Source: a virus (lineage: Duplodnaviria; Caudoviricetes). From it: DNA of 25,241 nt. Below, piece after piece: positions 23,869 to 25,241 of the stretch (position 1 is its first letter; each line of letters starts with the position of its first letter). Location: positions 1 through 25,241 of the IMG/VR virus record IMGVR_UViG_3300020043_002208. One strand, 5' to 3'. Below the pieces are notes generated by a model, which did not search any database, had not been told where the DNA came from, and saw only the letters and a program-made list of their open reading frames with translations. The position numbers were made by a program, and so were the translations under genes.

Positions 23869-24195
23869 TTACGATGCGTAAGTGCTGTTGGCGGCTTGAC
23901 CACCGTTGATCGTCACCAGGGTGGCGGTGGTGTTTGCGTTGATTGCTTTCGCAGCCACGTTCACACCGTCCGACACAAAGTAACCACCCACGTTGTTGGC
24001 GATCAAAGTGTTCCAGTTAGCGCCGTCATACATAACCACGCTGATGTTTGCCTGGGCATTCATCATGTACGCGCCAGCAACAATCACGGTTCCGTTTCCG
24101 GTCGTGACAGCAGCCACCGTGGTGGTTTGCAGATAGGCAGAGGTGGTGTTGGTTACGGTATTCGCAACCAAAATTTTGTTCATTGCAAGTGCCAT
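23869..24195 (-). CDS. Beta-rich probable capsid decoration / minor capsid protein
   Basis: AAGGAG RBS; immediately after the capsid gene; 15 Asn in 108 aa. Confidence 0.6.
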   Translation of the reverse strand: MALAMNKILVANTVTNTTSAYLQTTTVAAVTTGNGTVIVAGAYMMNAQANISVVMYDGANWNTLIANNVGGYFVSDGVNVAAKAINANTTATLVTINGGQAANSTYAS

Positions 24196-24207
24196 GGCTT
24201 TTTCTCC

Positions 24208-25221
24208 TTACAGTGTCAGTGAGTTATAGCCGGTCACTTGGGTCATTGACTTGGGCTTGGTGTTTACCAGTTCGGCAATCATCAAGACCGCGCCAACGTA
24301 ACCAATCTGCCAGTTCGGGAGGGTGGACTCAAAGCCAGTGAACACAAACGAACCTTGGTCGTGGATGTACAGCGACAGGTAGTTGGTGTTGACCAGGTAG
24401 AGTTTACCTTCCGGGCAGTACGGATCGGGATAGATAGGCACACCGGCAACCATCAGGGCGCGGAACGCAGCCTGGGGGCCGTTGGCATCGCTATCAAAAC
24501 CGCTGCCGGGGGTGATGACGTATTGCTCTTGACCAACATAGTCTTGAGCCAGCAGCGTCCAAGTACCGAAGCCGCACACGCCGAAGGACGGGACTTCCGC
24601 GCCGTTCTTGACCGTGCCGCTGATGTACTGAAGTACGTTCTGACGGGTCGGGTTGACCGAGCCAGCGGCGTACTGCTTGGACTGCCACCAGGTGTAGGTG
24701 GAGCGATCAATGTTGCCGTAGTTACCAGCGGCAGGGTTGCTATTGGAAATAGCGCCCGGCAGACCGATAAACTGCTGCGAATTGGTCGTGTTGTTGTACA
24801 GGGCCGTAGCCATTGCGTCCATCATTACGTTGGTCGCATCGTTCATACGGGCTTCGATCAGCGGGATGACCGCGTGATCTTGCTGCACCGCACCTTCCAT
24901 TCCGAGGAACGGAACCGGGCAGATCATCAGCTTCAGGTTGAATTCAGCGTTGTACGCGCCTTGCTGAACGCTAGGCTGTGCAAACGATCCGCTGTAGTCA
25001 GACCATTGAGCATTGACAAACTGCGCTCCCTGGACGGGAACGGTTACAGATGAAACACCGCCCGAGGCTTGCTGACTGTTGGCAATCAGTGCCGCCATGA
25101 GAGGTGTCGAGTTGTAAAGCTGGACAACCAGTTTCGGGATAAACGCACGCCGAGTGACGTAAGTCAGTTCGGTGTATTGGGTCGAACCCGAAGCCGGAAG
25201 AATACCGCCGCCGATAGGCAT
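24208..25221 (-). CDS. Major capsid protein (HK97 fold expected)
   Basis: 337 aa; GGAG RBS; L...TRR.FIP.LV.Q.Y.STPL, VPV, LIEARM..A, AGVPIYPDPYCP.G.LY.VNT.YL; strong codon bias; upstream of the adaptor. Confidence 0.82.
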   Translation of the reverse strand: MPIGGGILPASGSTQYTELTYVTRRAFIPKLVVQLYNSTPLMAALIANSQQASGGVSSVTVPVQGAQFVNAQWSDYSGSFAQPSVQQGAYNAEFNLKLMICPVPFLGMEGAVQQDHAVIPLIEARMNDATNVMMDAMATALYNNTTNSQQFIGLPGAISNSNPAAGNYGNIDRSTYTWWQSKQYAAGSVNPTRQNVLQYISGTVKNGAEVPSFGVCGFGTWTLLAQDYVGQEQYVITPGSGFDSDANGPQAAFRALMVAGVPIYPDPYCPEGKLYLVNTNYLSLYIHDQGSFVFTGFESTLPNWQIGYVGAVLMIAELVNTKPKSMTQVTGYNSLTL

Positions 25222-25241
25222 GGTTCATCTCCGAGAAAAAA

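Larger units (their letters stand above)
1..25241. mobile_element. Tailed bacteriophage genome segment, podovirus-like; early/recombination arm on +, structural/lysis arm on -
   Basis: Dense genes with overlapping stop/start codons; recombinase pair, HNH nucleases, capsid-adaptor-nozzle-ejection gene order, endolysin and holin; no host housekeeping genes. No integrase or att site seen, so virion versus prophage is undetermined. Confidence 0.95.

Noticed and set aside
23428-25053. 264-aa and 232-aa + strand ORFs
   Set aside because: Antisense to capsid-cluster genes; explained by codon bias.

Overview
The whole window is tailed-phage DNA with podovirus-like gene content (major capsid, adaptor, nozzle, four ejection-type proteins, no tape measure or sheath). 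The host cannot be read from the sequence. Two convergent arms meet with no gap at 7459/7460. The + arm (1-7459) carries a YqaJ exonuclease and RecT-like annealase flanking a block of mosaic small ORFs, an HTH protein, two tandem SSB-like proteins, an HNH endonuclease, a GT-A glycosyltransferase, a cassette bracketed by 23-bp direct repeats, a candidate structured RNA, a radical SAM enzyme and a resolvase-like nuclease. The - arm (25221-7460) runs from capsid through tail, fibre and ejection proteins to lysis genes and small basic proteins. The best leads are: (1) N-x-S/T sequons enriched in predicted surface virion proteins, plus an [AG]NTAV[TY] hexapeptide recurring in five of them, in a genome encoding a glycosyltransferase and a radical SAM enzyme, which may indicate phage-directed Asn modification of the virion; (2) a loop-E-containing RNA motif whose 5' end is duplicated around a three-ORF insert; (3) an RBS-sequestering hairpin on a free-standing HNH gene. 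All family calls are by motif recognition only; no searches were run.
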